DNA of 58,250 nucleotides from Verrucomicrobiales bacterium (GTDB lineage Bacteria; Verrucomicrobiota; Verrucomicrobiia; Limisphaerales; UBA9464): NCBI GenBank assembly GCA_027490985.1, contig JAIXXC010000228.1, positions 1 to 58,250 of the forward strand, read 5' to 3'. Shown piece by piece: positions 31,003 to 39,682 of this stretch (position 1 is its first letter; each line of letters starts with the position of its first letter). The notes under the pieces were generated by a model. It saw only the letters and a program-made list of their open reading frames with translations, ran no database searches and was not told where the DNA came from. The position numbers and the translations under genes were made by a program.

Positions 31003-31788
31003 ATGCCTCTCGGACTTATCGGACTCAAGGTGGGTCATACCCGTGTGTATGACTCCAACGGTGTACTCGTGCCCGTCACGGTCGTCCATGTCGGACCCAA
31101 CCGGGTGCTTCAGGTCAAGACCAAGGCCTCCAAAGACGGCTACGACGCCGTCCAGCTGGGCTACGGTGACCAGAAGATCGGACGCCTGACCAAGGCGGTC
31201 GTCGGTCACCTGGCCAAGCAGGGTGTCAAGGTCGACGCCGCTGGACAGAACGGCGAACAGCCGGTGCTCACCGGCGTCAAGCGCATCCGCGAATTCCGCG
31301 ACTTCTCCAAGGAAGTGAAGTCGGGAGACACCGTGGGCGCCGACCTCTTCCAGGCCGGACAGTTCGTGGACGCCATCGGCACCACGAAGGGTCGCGGTTT
31401 CGAGGGTGTCGTCGGCCGCTGGAGCTTCCGCGGCGGTGATTCCACTCACGGCGCCAAGGGCTGGCACCGTCGTTCAGGCGCCATCGGTCAGCGCCTCTTC
31501 CCCGGCACCGTCATGCGCGGCATGAAGATGCCCGGTCACATGGGCGTGGTGCGTCGTACGTCGCAGAATCTGGAGATCATCCAGGTTCGTCCCGACGACA
31601 ACGTGCTCCTCATCAAGGGCAATTTCCCGGGCAGCGAGGGAGACTATTGCATCATCCGTGAAGCGAAGAAGATCTCGATCAACTCCGCTCGCCTGAAGCA
31701 GATCACCGACGCCCGCAAGAAGGCGAAGGACGCTGCCACGGCCAAGAAGGACGACAAGAAGGCCGCCGCCGCCGCCAAGAAGAAGTAA
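31003..31788 (+). CDS. rplC: 50S ribosomal protein L3
   Basis: PVTVV, DGYDAVQLG, TKGRGFEG, KMPGHMG. Confidence 0.98.
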   Translation: MPLGLIGLKVGHTRVYDSNGVLVPVTVVHVGPNRVLQVKTKASKDGYDAVQLGYGDQKIGRLTKAVVGHLAKQGVKVDAAGQNGEQPVLTGVKRIREFRDFSKEVKSGDTVGADLFQAGQFVDAIGTTKGRGFEGVVGRWSFRGGDSTHGAKGWHRRSGAIGQRLFPGTVMRGMKMPGHMGVVRRTSQNLEIIQVRPDDNVLLIKGNFPGSEGDYCIIREAKKISINSARLKQITDARKKAKDAATAKKDDKKAAAAAKKK

Positions 31789-31804
31789 CTAAGGAACCTG
31801 TTCC

Positions 31805-32431
31805 ATGAAACTTTCGATCAAAGACTCCAAGGGAAACGCCGCCGGCGAGCTCGATGTCCGTTTCGAGTTGATTGCCGACGGTCGCGGTACCCAGGCCGTC
31901 CACGACACCGTGGTCGCCTACAACGCTGCCCAGCGCAGCGGCACCGCCTGCACCAAGACCATGGGTGATGTTGCCGGCACCGGCAAAAAGCCCTGGCGCC
32001 AGAAGGGAACCGGTCGCGCCCGCGCCGGCTCCTTCGCCAGCCCCCTGTGGCGCGGCGGTGGCGTGGTGTTCGGCCCGAAGCCCCGTGACTTCTCCAAGAA
32101 GGTCAACAAGAAGGTCAAGAACCTCGCCCTCCGCAAGGCGCTCAGCGAGCGTCTGAAGTCGGGTGACGTGGTCCTGATCAGCGACCTGAAGCTCGCCGCC
32201 GCGAAGACCAAAGACTTCGTGTCCGTGCTGCAGGCCCTCGGTCTCGACGGCAACACCAACCTCGTGGTCCTGGGTGCGGCCGACAAGTCCGCCTACCTCG
32301 CCAGCCGCAATGTGGCCGGCGTCGAGCTCAAGACCGCCGATCTGGTCAACACCTACGACCTGCTCAAGTACGACAAGCTCGTCTTCACCAAGGCCGGCTT
32401 CGAGGCGGTCGAGGCGCGCATCGCCAAGTAA
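31805..32431 (+). CDS. rplD: 50S ribosomal protein L4
   Basis: KKPWRQKGTGRARAGS, WRGGGVVFGPKPR. Confidence 0.99.
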   Translation: MKLSIKDSKGNAAGELDVRFELIADGRGTQAVHDTVVAYNAAQRSGTACTKTMGDVAGTGKKPWRQKGTGRARAGSFASPLWRGGGVVFGPKPRDFSKKVNKKVKNLALRKALSERLKSGDVVLISDLKLAAAKTKDFVSVLQALGLDGNTNLVVLGAADKSAYLASRNVAGVELKTADLVNTYDLLKYDKLVFTKAGFEAVEARIAK

Positions 32432-32449
32432 CCAGAAAGGGAAACCAAC

Positions 32450-32731
32450 ATGACCATTTTCGACACCATCAAGACGGTCCGCATCACTGAGAAGGCGGCC
32501 CTTCAGACCGAAAAGTTCAACAAGTACACCCTTCTGGCCGATCGCCGCGCTTCCGCGCCGCAGATCAAGAAGGCCGTGGAGCAGCTCTTCAACGTCAAGG
32601 TGACCAAGGTCAACACGGCGAACTACGAGGGCAAGGCCCGTCGCCAGATGACCAAGGCCGCCGGCAAGAGCAGCGACTACAAGAAGGCCGTCGTCACCCT
32701 CAAGAAGGGCGACAAGATCGCCTTGGTGTAA
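32450..32731 (+). CDS. rplW: 50S ribosomal protein L23
   Basis: ITEKA, IKKAVEQLFNVKV, YKKAVVTL; follows rplD. Confidence 0.97.
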   Translation: MTIFDTIKTVRITEKAALQTEKFNKYTLLADRRASAPQIKKAVEQLFNVKVTKVNTANYEGKARRQMTKAAGKSSDYKKAVVTLKKGDKIALV

Positions 32732-32753
32732 TCCACACTCGATCCGTTTGCTT

Positions 32754-32794
32754 CAACGGCGCAGGACTCGCGAGGGTCTTGCGCCGTTGTTGTT
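32754..32794 (+). terminator. intrinsic terminator ending the r-protein operon after rplW
   Basis: 16-bp stem CAACGGCGCAGGACTC-GCGA-GGGTCTTGCGCCGTTG (two G-U pairs, GNRA loop) followed by TTGTT. Confidence 0.75.
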
Positions 32795-32862
32795 CACCCC
32801 GTTGCTCTCGCCGTACGCAACCGGATCTTTTCCCAAACAGAGCCTGTCCCTAGTGTCGAGCC

Positions 32863-34302
32863 GTGTCGCAGTCGAACCTCTTTGAATTGGGCGGTGCATC
32901 GGGCGTGCCCGACCCGGCCAAGCCGGACGGCACGGCACTGCACGGGCTCGGTGCGGAGCGAGCGATGTCGGCAGCCCCGCTGGCCTCGCGCATGCGGCCC
33001 CGGACCCTCGAGGAATACTCCGGACAGCGCCACCTGCTGGCCCCCGGCCTGTTGCTCCGCCGGGCCATCGATGCCGACCGCATCCAGTCGCTCATCTTCT
33101 TCGGCCCTCCGGGCACCGGAAAGACCACCCTGGCCCAGATCATCGCAGCCCGCTCGAAATCCCGATTCGAGAAGCTCAATGCGGTCGAGTCGAATCTGGC
33201 CGAGATGCGCCGCGTGCTGCAGGGAGCGAACCATCGGCTTCGCAACACCGGCGAGTCCACCCTGCTCTTCATCGACGAGATCCACCGGTTCAATCGGGCC
33301 CAACAGGATGTGCTGTTGCCGGATGTGGAAAGTGGCGCGGTGAAGCTCATCGGCGCCACCACCCACAATCCGTTCTTCTTCATCAACTCGCCGCTGGTCT
33401 CCCGGTCGCAAGTCTTCGAGCTCCGCGCCCTCGAGGAATCCGACCTGCTGGACCTGTTGCGACGCGCTCTGTCGGACCCCGACCGCGGCCTCGGGCACCA
33501 ACGCATCGCCGCCGAACCCGAGGCTCTGGCCCATCTGGCCCGCATCTCGGATGGCGATGCCCGCAAGGCGTTGAACTCCATCGAGATCGCCGCACTGACC
33601 ACCCCGCCCGGCCCCGACGGGATCATCCGGATCAGTCTGGCGGTCGCCGAGGAGTGCATCCAACGCAAGGCCATCGTCTACGACGGGGATGGCGACGCCC
33701 ACTACGACACCATCAGCGCCTTCATCAAGTCGATGCGCGGCAGCGACCCCGACGCCACGCTCTACTGGTTGGCCAAGATGATCCACGCCGGCGAGGATCC
33801 CCGGTTCATCGCCCGGCGCATCATGATCCATGCGGCCGAGGATGTCGGATTGGCCGACCCGATGGCCCTCATCTTGGCCACCGCCGCCTGCCAGGCCGCG
33901 GAGGTCATCGGCTGGCCCGAGGCCCGGATTCCCATCGCCGAAGCGGCCCTCTACATCGCCACCGCCCACAAAAGCAACTCGGTGGTCAAAGCCATCGATG
34001 CGGCCCTGGAGGACATCCGATCCGGACGGACCTTGGCCGTGCCGAACCACTTGCGGGATGGGCATTACGCGGGATCCAAGGTGCTCGGACACGGCGAAGG
34101 CTACCGCTACGCCCACGATTTCCCCGGACACCATGTCACCCAGGATTATCTGGGGGCCGCCCGGCGTTTCTATGAGCCCACGACCCAGGGCCACGAGCGG
34201 AAAATCTCGGAACGGCTGGATCAATGGCGTCGGGCTTCAGCCGGGAGCCCACCGTCCTCGCCCCCTGCCCCGGGCGGTTCGTCCGAAGCACCCAAGTCCT
34301 GA
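32863..34302 (+). CDS. rarA: replication-associated recombination protein A (RarA/MgsA AAA+ ATPase)
   Basis: PLASRMRP, GPPGTGKTTLA, IDEIHRFNRAQQD, GATTHNP, YDTISAFIKSMRGSDPDA, EDVGLADP; start may be ATG 32965. Confidence 0.96.
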   Translation: MSQSNLFELGGASGVPDPAKPDGTALHGLGAERAMSAAPLASRMRPRTLEEYSGQRHLLAPGLLLRRAIDADRIQSLIFFGPPGTGKTTLAQIIAARSKSRFEKLNAVESNLAEMRRVLQGANHRLRNTGESTLLFIDEIHRFNRAQQDVLLPDVESGAVKLIGATTHNPFFFINSPLVSRSQVFELRALEESDLLDLLRRALSDPDRGLGHQRIAAEPEALAHLARISDGDARKALNSIEIAALTTPPGPDGIIRISLAVAEECIQRKAIVYDGDGDAHYDTISAFIKSMRGSDPDATLYWLAKMIHAGEDPRFIARRIMIHAAEDVGLADPMALILATAACQAAEVIGWPEARIPIAEAALYIATAHKSNSVVKAIDAALEDIRSGRTLAVPNHLRDGHYAGSKVLGHGEGYRYAHDFPGHHVTQDYLGAARRFYEPTTQGHERKISERLDQWRRASAGSPPSSPPAPGGSSEAPKS

Positions 34303-34357
34303 GCCCCGGATCCTGACCTCTGCCCGCAATGTCGACCACCGACGGAGGCCGTTTTTG

Positions 34358-34389
34358 CGGGCTCACGGGCTCACGGGCTCACGGCCTCA
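34358..34389. repeat. octamer tandem repeat (CGGGCTCA)x3 plus CGGCCTCA
   Basis: directly visible between the convergent rarA and hslR genes. Confidence 0.85.
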
Positions 34390-34409
34390 AATACCATCCC
34401 CGGTTTCGA

Positions 34410-34775
34410 TCAACCGAGATCGCTCCACCGTTCGATCTGTCGGCGTTCGCGCTTGGTCGGCCTCCCCAGCCCGCGTGCCCTGAATCCGGGTTCCAAGGCC
34501 TTCTGCCGCGCTTCCTCCCGGGCCTCCGGCGGGGTCAGATCCTGGGCGAACGCAGCCACATCGGGTGCCGAAACCCGACGCGGCGGGAACCCCAGCACCT
34601 TGTAGACGCGGGTGATGTCCCCGGTGCGGGCCGACACCGTTTCGCCCGCCTTGGCCTCCCGAGCCGGCTTGATCGCCACGCCATCGACCAGCACCCGCCC
34701 GTCCTTGATGGCCTCCTGGGCCAGAGACCGCGATCGGTACAACCGAATGTTCCAGAGCCACTGATCCCAGCGCAT
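34410..34775 (-). CDS. hslR: ribosome-associated heat shock protein Hsp15 (S4 RNA-binding domain)
   Basis: MRWDQWLWNIRLYRSRSLAQEAI..GRV..KPARE and GRPTKRERRQI. Confidence 0.9.
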   Translation of the reverse strand: MRWDQWLWNIRLYRSRSLAQEAIKDGRVLVDGVAIKPAREAKAGETVSARTGDITRVYKVLGFPPRRVSAPDVAAFAQDLTPPEAREEARQKALEPGFRARGLGRPTKRERRQIERWSDLG

Positions 34776-34945
34776 GCGGGCAGCATGAAGCATCGCGGCC
34801 GAAGCGCCAACGCTTCCGAGGGACACGCTTCCGAAGGATAGGCGGCGGGTCTCACGGACCCATCCATGAGATTTTCGCCGATGGAGCAATCGAGCAATAC
34901 CCCGAAACCCGTGCTGATAGGGAATACCTCCCCATGCTATCGGCC

Positions 34946-35158
34946 ATGAGAATCGCCATCGATGTTCCCGATGCACTCATCGCGTCACTGGACCGTGTCA
35001 GTGCGCTCGAACGACCTTCCCGGGCAGCAGTGATCCGCGATGCGATCACCGAAGACCTCAAGGTTGAATCCCTATCGGCCGCGGAAGAGGCCTTCGGGCT
35101 TTGGAAGAAGAGTCAGGTGGACGGCGTCCAATACCCCAAGTCTCTCCGTGACGAGTAG
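34946..35158 (+). CDS. CopG/ribbon-helix-helix antitoxin (VapB-type), probably decaying
   Basis: MRIAIDVPD..LDRVS..SRAAVIRDAI RHH pattern; C-terminal AFGLWK..DG..Y...LRDE typical of RHH antitoxins paired with PIN toxins. Confidence 0.75.
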   Translation: MRIAIDVPDALIASLDRVSALERPSRAAVIRDAITEDLKVESLSAAEEAFGLWKKSQVDGVQYPKSLRDE

Positions 35159-35166
35159 GAATGCCG

Positions 35167-35215
35167 ATGAAGGCAGGTCTCGGCCGATCCGGATCGATTT
35201 AACGGTAAGGAAAGG
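35167..35215 (+). pseudogene. remnant of the 5' end of a VapC/PIN toxin gene
   Basis: ATGAAGGCA (MKA), then out-of-frame ATC CGG ATC GAT ..AAC GGT resembling MKA.FDTNILIDYLNG; ATG overlaps an in-frame TGA of the antitoxin read-through. Confidence 0.5.
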
Positions 35216-35296
35216 AATGGCTGAAACTCACACCAGAACGACAGAGCAAAAAGAATCGGTGGTCGCAGCCGACGGGGGATTCTACGATTCCGCCCG

Positions 35297-36310
35297 ATGA
35301 GTGACCTGTCGAAGTCGCGGCTCGCAGAACTGCTCGGGGCCGCCTCCAAGGCCCGCCTGTGGGTCGTCGGAGACGTGATGCTGGACCAATTCGTCTGGGG
35401 ACGCGTGAGCCGAATCTCGCCCGAGGCCCCGGTGCCCGTCGTCGATTTCGACCGCGAACACCTCATGCCCGGGGGAGCGGCCAATGTCGCCCGGAACGTC
35501 ACGGCCCTGTCGGGCAACGCCGAGTTGGCCGGAGTGATCGGCAAGGACGAGGCCGGCCAAACCCTTCGGGAGTTGCTGGCCTCGGAGCGCATCGGTTGCC
35601 GCAGTCTGGTTTCCAGCACCCGACGCCGCACGACCACCAAGATGCGCATCGTCGCCGGCCAGCAACAAATCGTGCGGCTCGACCGCGAGACCCGCGGCGA
35701 GATCGACGAGGCCACCACCCAAGCACTGCTCACCAAACTCGAGCGTGCCCTGCCCCGGCTCGATGGGGTGGTCGTGGGCGACTACGGCAAGGGCGTCGTC
35801 ACCCAGGCCTTGCTCGATGGCATCCGGGAGCGCTGCAAACAGGCCGGATGCTGGATCAGCGTGGATCCCAAGCCGGTGCACTCGCTGGATCTGCGTGGGC
35901 TTTCCCTGATCACCCCCAACCGCAAGGAGGCCTTCGAACTGGCGGGGATCGAAGACTCGGTCCGGGCCGCCGATCCGATGGCCGACCGACCGCTGCAGGA
36001 GGCCGTCCGGAGACTCCAGGACACCCTCCGGCCCGCGTTGCTGCTGGTCACTCTGGGCGAACTCGGGATGCTGCTCTGCCGGCGCGATCAACCGCCCTTC
36101 CATGTGCCCACCGTGGCCCGCGAGGTGTTCGACGTGTCGGGCGCCGGCGACACGGTGATCGCCGCGTTCACACTGGCCATCGCGGCCGGAGCCTCGCCGA
36201 TCGAGGCCACCGTGTTCTCGAATCACGCGGCCGGCGTGGTGGTGGGCAAGCGGGGCACGGCCACCGTCAGCCCGTCGGAACTCCGCGCAACCTTCGATGA
36301 AGCCGATTGA
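35297..36310 (+). CDS. hldA: D-glycero-beta-D-manno-heptose-7-phosphate kinase (RfaE domain I)
   Basis: VGDVMLDQF, RISPEAPVPVV, GGAANVARN, DYGKG, TPNRKE, DVSGAGDTV, VVGKRGTA. Confidence 0.93.
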   Translation: MSDLSKSRLAELLGAASKARLWVVGDVMLDQFVWGRVSRISPEAPVPVVDFDREHLMPGGAANVARNVTALSGNAELAGVIGKDEAGQTLRELLASERIGCRSLVSSTRRRTTTKMRIVAGQQQIVRLDRETRGEIDEATTQALLTKLERALPRLDGVVVGDYGKGVVTQALLDGIRERCKQAGCWISVDPKPVHSLDLRGLSLITPNRKEAFELAGIEDSVRAADPMADRPLQEAVRRLQDTLRPALLLVTLGELGMLLCRRDQPPFHVPTVAREVFDVSGAGDTVIAAFTLAIAAGASPIEATVFSNHAAGVVVGKRGTATVSPSELRATFDEAD

Positions 36311-36314
36311 CCCC

Positions 36315-36869
36315 ATGAGACCGGCCATTTTCCTCGATCGCGACGGAACCCTGATCGTTGAAAAGCACTACCTGCACCGCCCCGAAGAGGTCGAGATCTT
36401 CGCCGAGGCCGCCCCCGCCCTGCGCCGGTTGAGTCAGGCCGGCTTCGCGCTGGTGGTGGTCACCAACCAGTCCGGTGTGGGCCGGGGCTACTACACCGAG
36501 GCCGATGTCCACCGGGTGCACGATCACATCCGCACCGAGATGGCCCGGGCCGGAGTCGAGTTCCTCAAGTTCTACTCGGCCTTCGAGGCCCCGGACCAAC
36601 CGAGCCGCGGCCGAAAACCCTCGCCGCAGTACCTCTGGGACGCACGCGATGAATTCCAGCTGGACCTCGCGGGCAGCTACATGGTCGGCGACAAGCGCAT
36701 CGATCTGGAGGCCGGCTGGAATGCCGGAGTGAAGCGGAGCATCCTGGTTCGCACCGGGTACGGCGCTGAACTGGAACGCCAAGAGGGCTCCTCGCTCGAT
36801 CCGGCGATCGTGGTCGACGGTTGGCGCCAGGTGGCCGACCGGATCCTGTCGCTCGACACCCCCCGCTGA
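36315..36869 (+). CDS. gmhB: D-glycero-D-manno-heptose 1,7-bisphosphate phosphatase
   Basis: FLDRDGTLI, VTNQSGVGRG, RKPSP, MVGDKRIDL; alternative start at 36297. Confidence 0.92.
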   Translation: MRPAIFLDRDGTLIVEKHYLHRPEEVEIFAEAAPALRRLSQAGFALVVVTNQSGVGRGYYTEADVHRVHDHIRTEMARAGVEFLKFYSAFEAPDQPSRGRKPSPQYLWDARDEFQLDLAGSYMVGDKRIDLEAGWNAGVKRSILVRTGYGAELERQEGSSLDPAIVVDGWRQVADRILSLDTPR

Positions 36870-36878
36870 ACAAGTCCT

Positions 36879-37280
36879 TCAGCACTCCCGGGCCCCGGGA
36901 ACTTCCATCCTGAAACGCGGGATGCGAACCACCACCCGTCGCCCGGAATCGTCCACCCCGAGGTAGGCCCCTTCGGCCACGGCCGAATGGGTCCCGATGA
37001 TGTGACGGCTGTTGTAGCTGAACTTGCCACCGGGCGGAATGACCGGGGTTTCACCGACCACGCCATCGCCCTCGACCACCAGCACCGTGTCGTCTTCGTG
37101 GGTGACCACCCACTTGCGTCCGCGGATCGTCACCGGCACCGGCGACTGATTGTGGATCGAGATGAAATAGATGAAGGAATGCGGTTTGTCGGACTGGTCG
37201 GCCCCGAGCCGCTGATAGAGCAGGCGGTCCACCGTGACCTTCAGTCCGGGCAACTCGATCAGTTCTCCCATGGTTCCCAT
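36879..37280 (-). CDS. apaG: ApaG domain protein
   Basis: FIYFISIHN, RKWVV, VEGDGVVGETPVIPPG..FSYNS. Confidence 0.85.
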   Translation of the reverse strand: MGTMGELIELPGLKVTVDRLLYQRLGADQSDKPHSFIYFISIHNQSPVPVTIRGRKWVVTHEDDTVLVVEGDGVVGETPVIPPGGKFSYNSRHIIGTHSAVAEGAYLGVDDSGRRVVVRIPRFRMEVPGAREC

Positions 37281-37405
37281 CTGAGCGGATCCTAGACCCG
37301 GAGGGTGGATTGACAAGAACCCGGTCCCCTCTTTCGAAAGCCGGTGCGCTTGGGCGTGGCTTCCCGATGACGGGCGCGATACGGTCGCCCGCGACGTTCG
37401 ACACC

Positions 37406-38767
37406 ATGCCCAGCGTTTACATCAAGACCTACGGTTGCCAGATGAACGAACGGGACAGCGAGGCTGTCTCGGCCCAACTCCTGGCCCGCGGCTATTCTCT
37501 GGCCGCTTCCGAAAACCAGGCCGACGTCGTGCTGCTGAACACCTGCAGTGTGCGCGACATGGCCGAGCAGAAGGCCCTGAGCAAGATGCAGAATGTCATC
37601 GGCGTGGACCGCAAGCGCGGCGGGCGCCAGATCCTCGGATTCCTGGGCTGCATGGCGCAGAGCCGGGGCGGCGAACTCATCGACCAACTCCCCGACGTGG
37701 ACCTGGTGCTCGGCACCCAGAAGACCCACCGGACCGGCGAATACCTCGATGCGCTGTTGTCGGGATCCCGCGACAAGGTCGTCGATACGGCCGAGGAAAC
37801 CGGCAGCGAGTCGGCCATCCGCGAGCACCTGGGCCACGGCATCGGCAACGATTCGCGCCCGGTCACCGCGTTCGTGAGCATCATGCAGGGCTGCAATCAG
37901 CACTGCACCTTCTGCATCGTCCCATCCACACGGGGCGAGGAGCGCAGCCGGCCCATGGACGACATCGTGGCCGAATGCCGCGAACTGGCCGCCCGCGGCG
38001 TCCGTGAGATCACCCTGCTCGGCCAGATCGTGACCAGCTACGGCCGCCGGATGTACCCGGTGCAGGACGGCCGCAGCGCCTTCGTGCAACTCATCGAGGC
38101 GGTGCACGCCATCGAAGGCATCGATCGGATCCGCTTCACCTCGCCGCACCCCAAGGGCTACGGCGACGACCTGGTCGAGGCCTACGGACGGCTCCCCAAG
38201 CTCGTCGAGAGTGCACATCTGCCCGTCCAGAGCGGCTCGAACCGCCTGCTCAAGCTCATGCACCGGGGATACACCCGGGAGCGTTTCCTCGAGATCATCG
38301 CCAAGTTGCGGGCCGTGCGCCCCGACATCGGCCTGAGCACCGACATCATCGTGGGCTTCCCGGGCGAGACCGAAGAGGACTTCCTGGAGACGCTGTCGCT
38401 GTGCCAAGAGATCCAATTCGACCAGGCGTTCCTGTTCAAATACAGCCGGCGGCGGGATACGCCGGCCGCGGCGATGCCCGACCAGTTGGCCGAGGAGGTC
38501 ATCGAGGATCGGCACCAGCGCCTCTTGGCCGAGATCAACCGGATGGCCATGGCCAAGTTCGAGGCGCACGTCGGTGGACTGGTCGAAGTGCTCGTCGAGG
38601 GGCCCAGCCACCGCAACCCGGCCCGCTACGAAGGCCGGACACGCACCAACAAGATCGCCGTCTTCGAAGGCTCCCCCCGTCATCACGGGCAGATCCTCAA
38701 CCTGCGGATCGAACGCGTGGGCAGCTTCACGCTCTACGGCAACCCAGCGATTCTCGGCCTCGACTGA
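37406..38767 (+). CDS. miaB: tRNA ms2i6A37 methylthiotransferase
   Basis: TYGCQMNERDSE, NTCSVRD, GCMAQ, GCNQHCTFCIVP radical SAM motif, HLPVQSGS, C-terminal TRAM domain. Confidence 0.97.
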   Translation: MPSVYIKTYGCQMNERDSEAVSAQLLARGYSLAASENQADVVLLNTCSVRDMAEQKALSKMQNVIGVDRKRGGRQILGFLGCMAQSRGGELIDQLPDVDLVLGTQKTHRTGEYLDALLSGSRDKVVDTAEETGSESAIREHLGHGIGNDSRPVTAFVSIMQGCNQHCTFCIVPSTRGEERSRPMDDIVAECRELAARGVREITLLGQIVTSYGRRMYPVQDGRSAFVQLIEAVHAIEGIDRIRFTSPHPKGYGDDLVEAYGRLPKLVESAHLPVQSGSNRLLKLMHRGYTRERFLEIIAKLRAVRPDIGLSTDIIVGFPGETEEDFLETLSLCQEIQFDQAFLFKYSRRRDTPAAAMPDQLAEEVIEDRHQRLLAEINRMAMAKFEAHVGGLVEVLVEGPSHRNPARYEGRTRTNKIAVFEGSPRHHGQILNLRIERVGSFTLYGNPAILGLD

Positions 38768-38785
38768 GCGGCTCGGCCCCGCCTC

Positions 38786-39682
38786 TCACCGGGACAGCAG
38801 GACGAGATACCGTTGGAGACGCTGCGACTCCGCGGCGTCGCGCCGCTCCTGATGGATCACATGCAGGTTCGCGATCATCCGCTGGAGACAGCGTCGGGCC
38901 GTGATCGGTTGGAGGAGAATGGACCCGTCGGACTCCGGCAACGCGAAGTGCGCCAGACGTTGACGGGCCTCGGAGCGGGTCACCAAACGCCCCCCGTGGA
39001 AGGCATCGATGAGCCACTCCCCCTGCGCATCCTGATAGCGACAGAGGAAATGCCCCGGCATCCCGATGCCCACCACCGGAAGCCCCAGACGCCGGGCCAC
39101 GAACTGATACAGACAACACAGCGTGATGGGGATGCCCCGCCGACGGTCGATGACCCGGTCCATGTAGCTGTTGTCGGGATCGAAATACTGCTCGGAATTG
39201 CCCCGAAATCCGTGTTCCCCGAAGAGCACGGCATTCAGAGCAGCAATCACTCCCGCCCCGTCCGTGGCGGCTTCCACCGCCGGCGCGGCGACCTGGGCCC
39301 ACCCATCCAACTGAGCCTGGTAGGCCTCGATCGGGGCCTCGGGGTTGCGGGTCCGGGCGAGCATCCAGACGGCTTCTTCGAGGTCGAAGTGCTCCCCGTG
39401 GCCGGCGCAGAACTCGAGGAATTCCCGATCGGCATCGATCCTCGCCCGGGCATCCCACAGTTCCCGGACGCGAGCCCGGATCACCGGATCGCCATGCAGC
39501 CGGTGGGCCTTCAACCACGGCTGGGGACGCCCCCGCGGAGCCAACTGTTCCCGGATGGTCTCGACCACCGTGGGATCGTCATCGCCCAGCAGAGTGAGCA
39601 AGGCCCGCTGTCGAACGGCCGATGGAGCCGATGAGGCCGATGGAGCCGGGCAACCTTCCGTGGTGGCTCCATCGGGATTCAT
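38786..39682 (-). CDS. SirB1 / transglutaminase-like (Transglut_core2) protein
   Basis: LLTLLGDDD, LFGEHGFRGNSEQYFDPDNS, RRRGIPITL, GIGMPGHFL, IDAFHGG. Confidence 0.85.
   Translation of the reverse strand: MNPDGATTEGCPAPSASSAPSAVRQRALLTLLGDDDPTVVETIREQLAPRGRPQPWLKAHRLHGDPVIRARVRELWDARARIDADREFLEFCAGHGEHFDLEEAVWMLARTRNPEAPIEAYQAQLDGWAQVAAPAVEAATDGAGVIAALNAVLFGEHGFRGNSEQYFDPDNSYMDRVIDRRRGIPITLCCLYQFVARRLGLPVVGIGMPGHFLCRYQDAQGEWLIDAFHGGRLVTRSEARQRLAHFALPESDGSILLQPITARRCLQRMIANLHVIHQERRDAAESQRLQRYLVLLSR

Noticed and set aside
35156-35170. programmed amber read-through or recoding at the antitoxin TAG
   Set aside because: TAG is an ordinary stop in other genes here (e.g. hprK, the MFS gene) and the region shows other decay; a TGG-to-TAG mutation is simpler.
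37310-37345. perfect TTGACA upstream of miaB
   Set aside because: No convincing -10 hexamer at 16-18 bp, so it is not called as a promoter.
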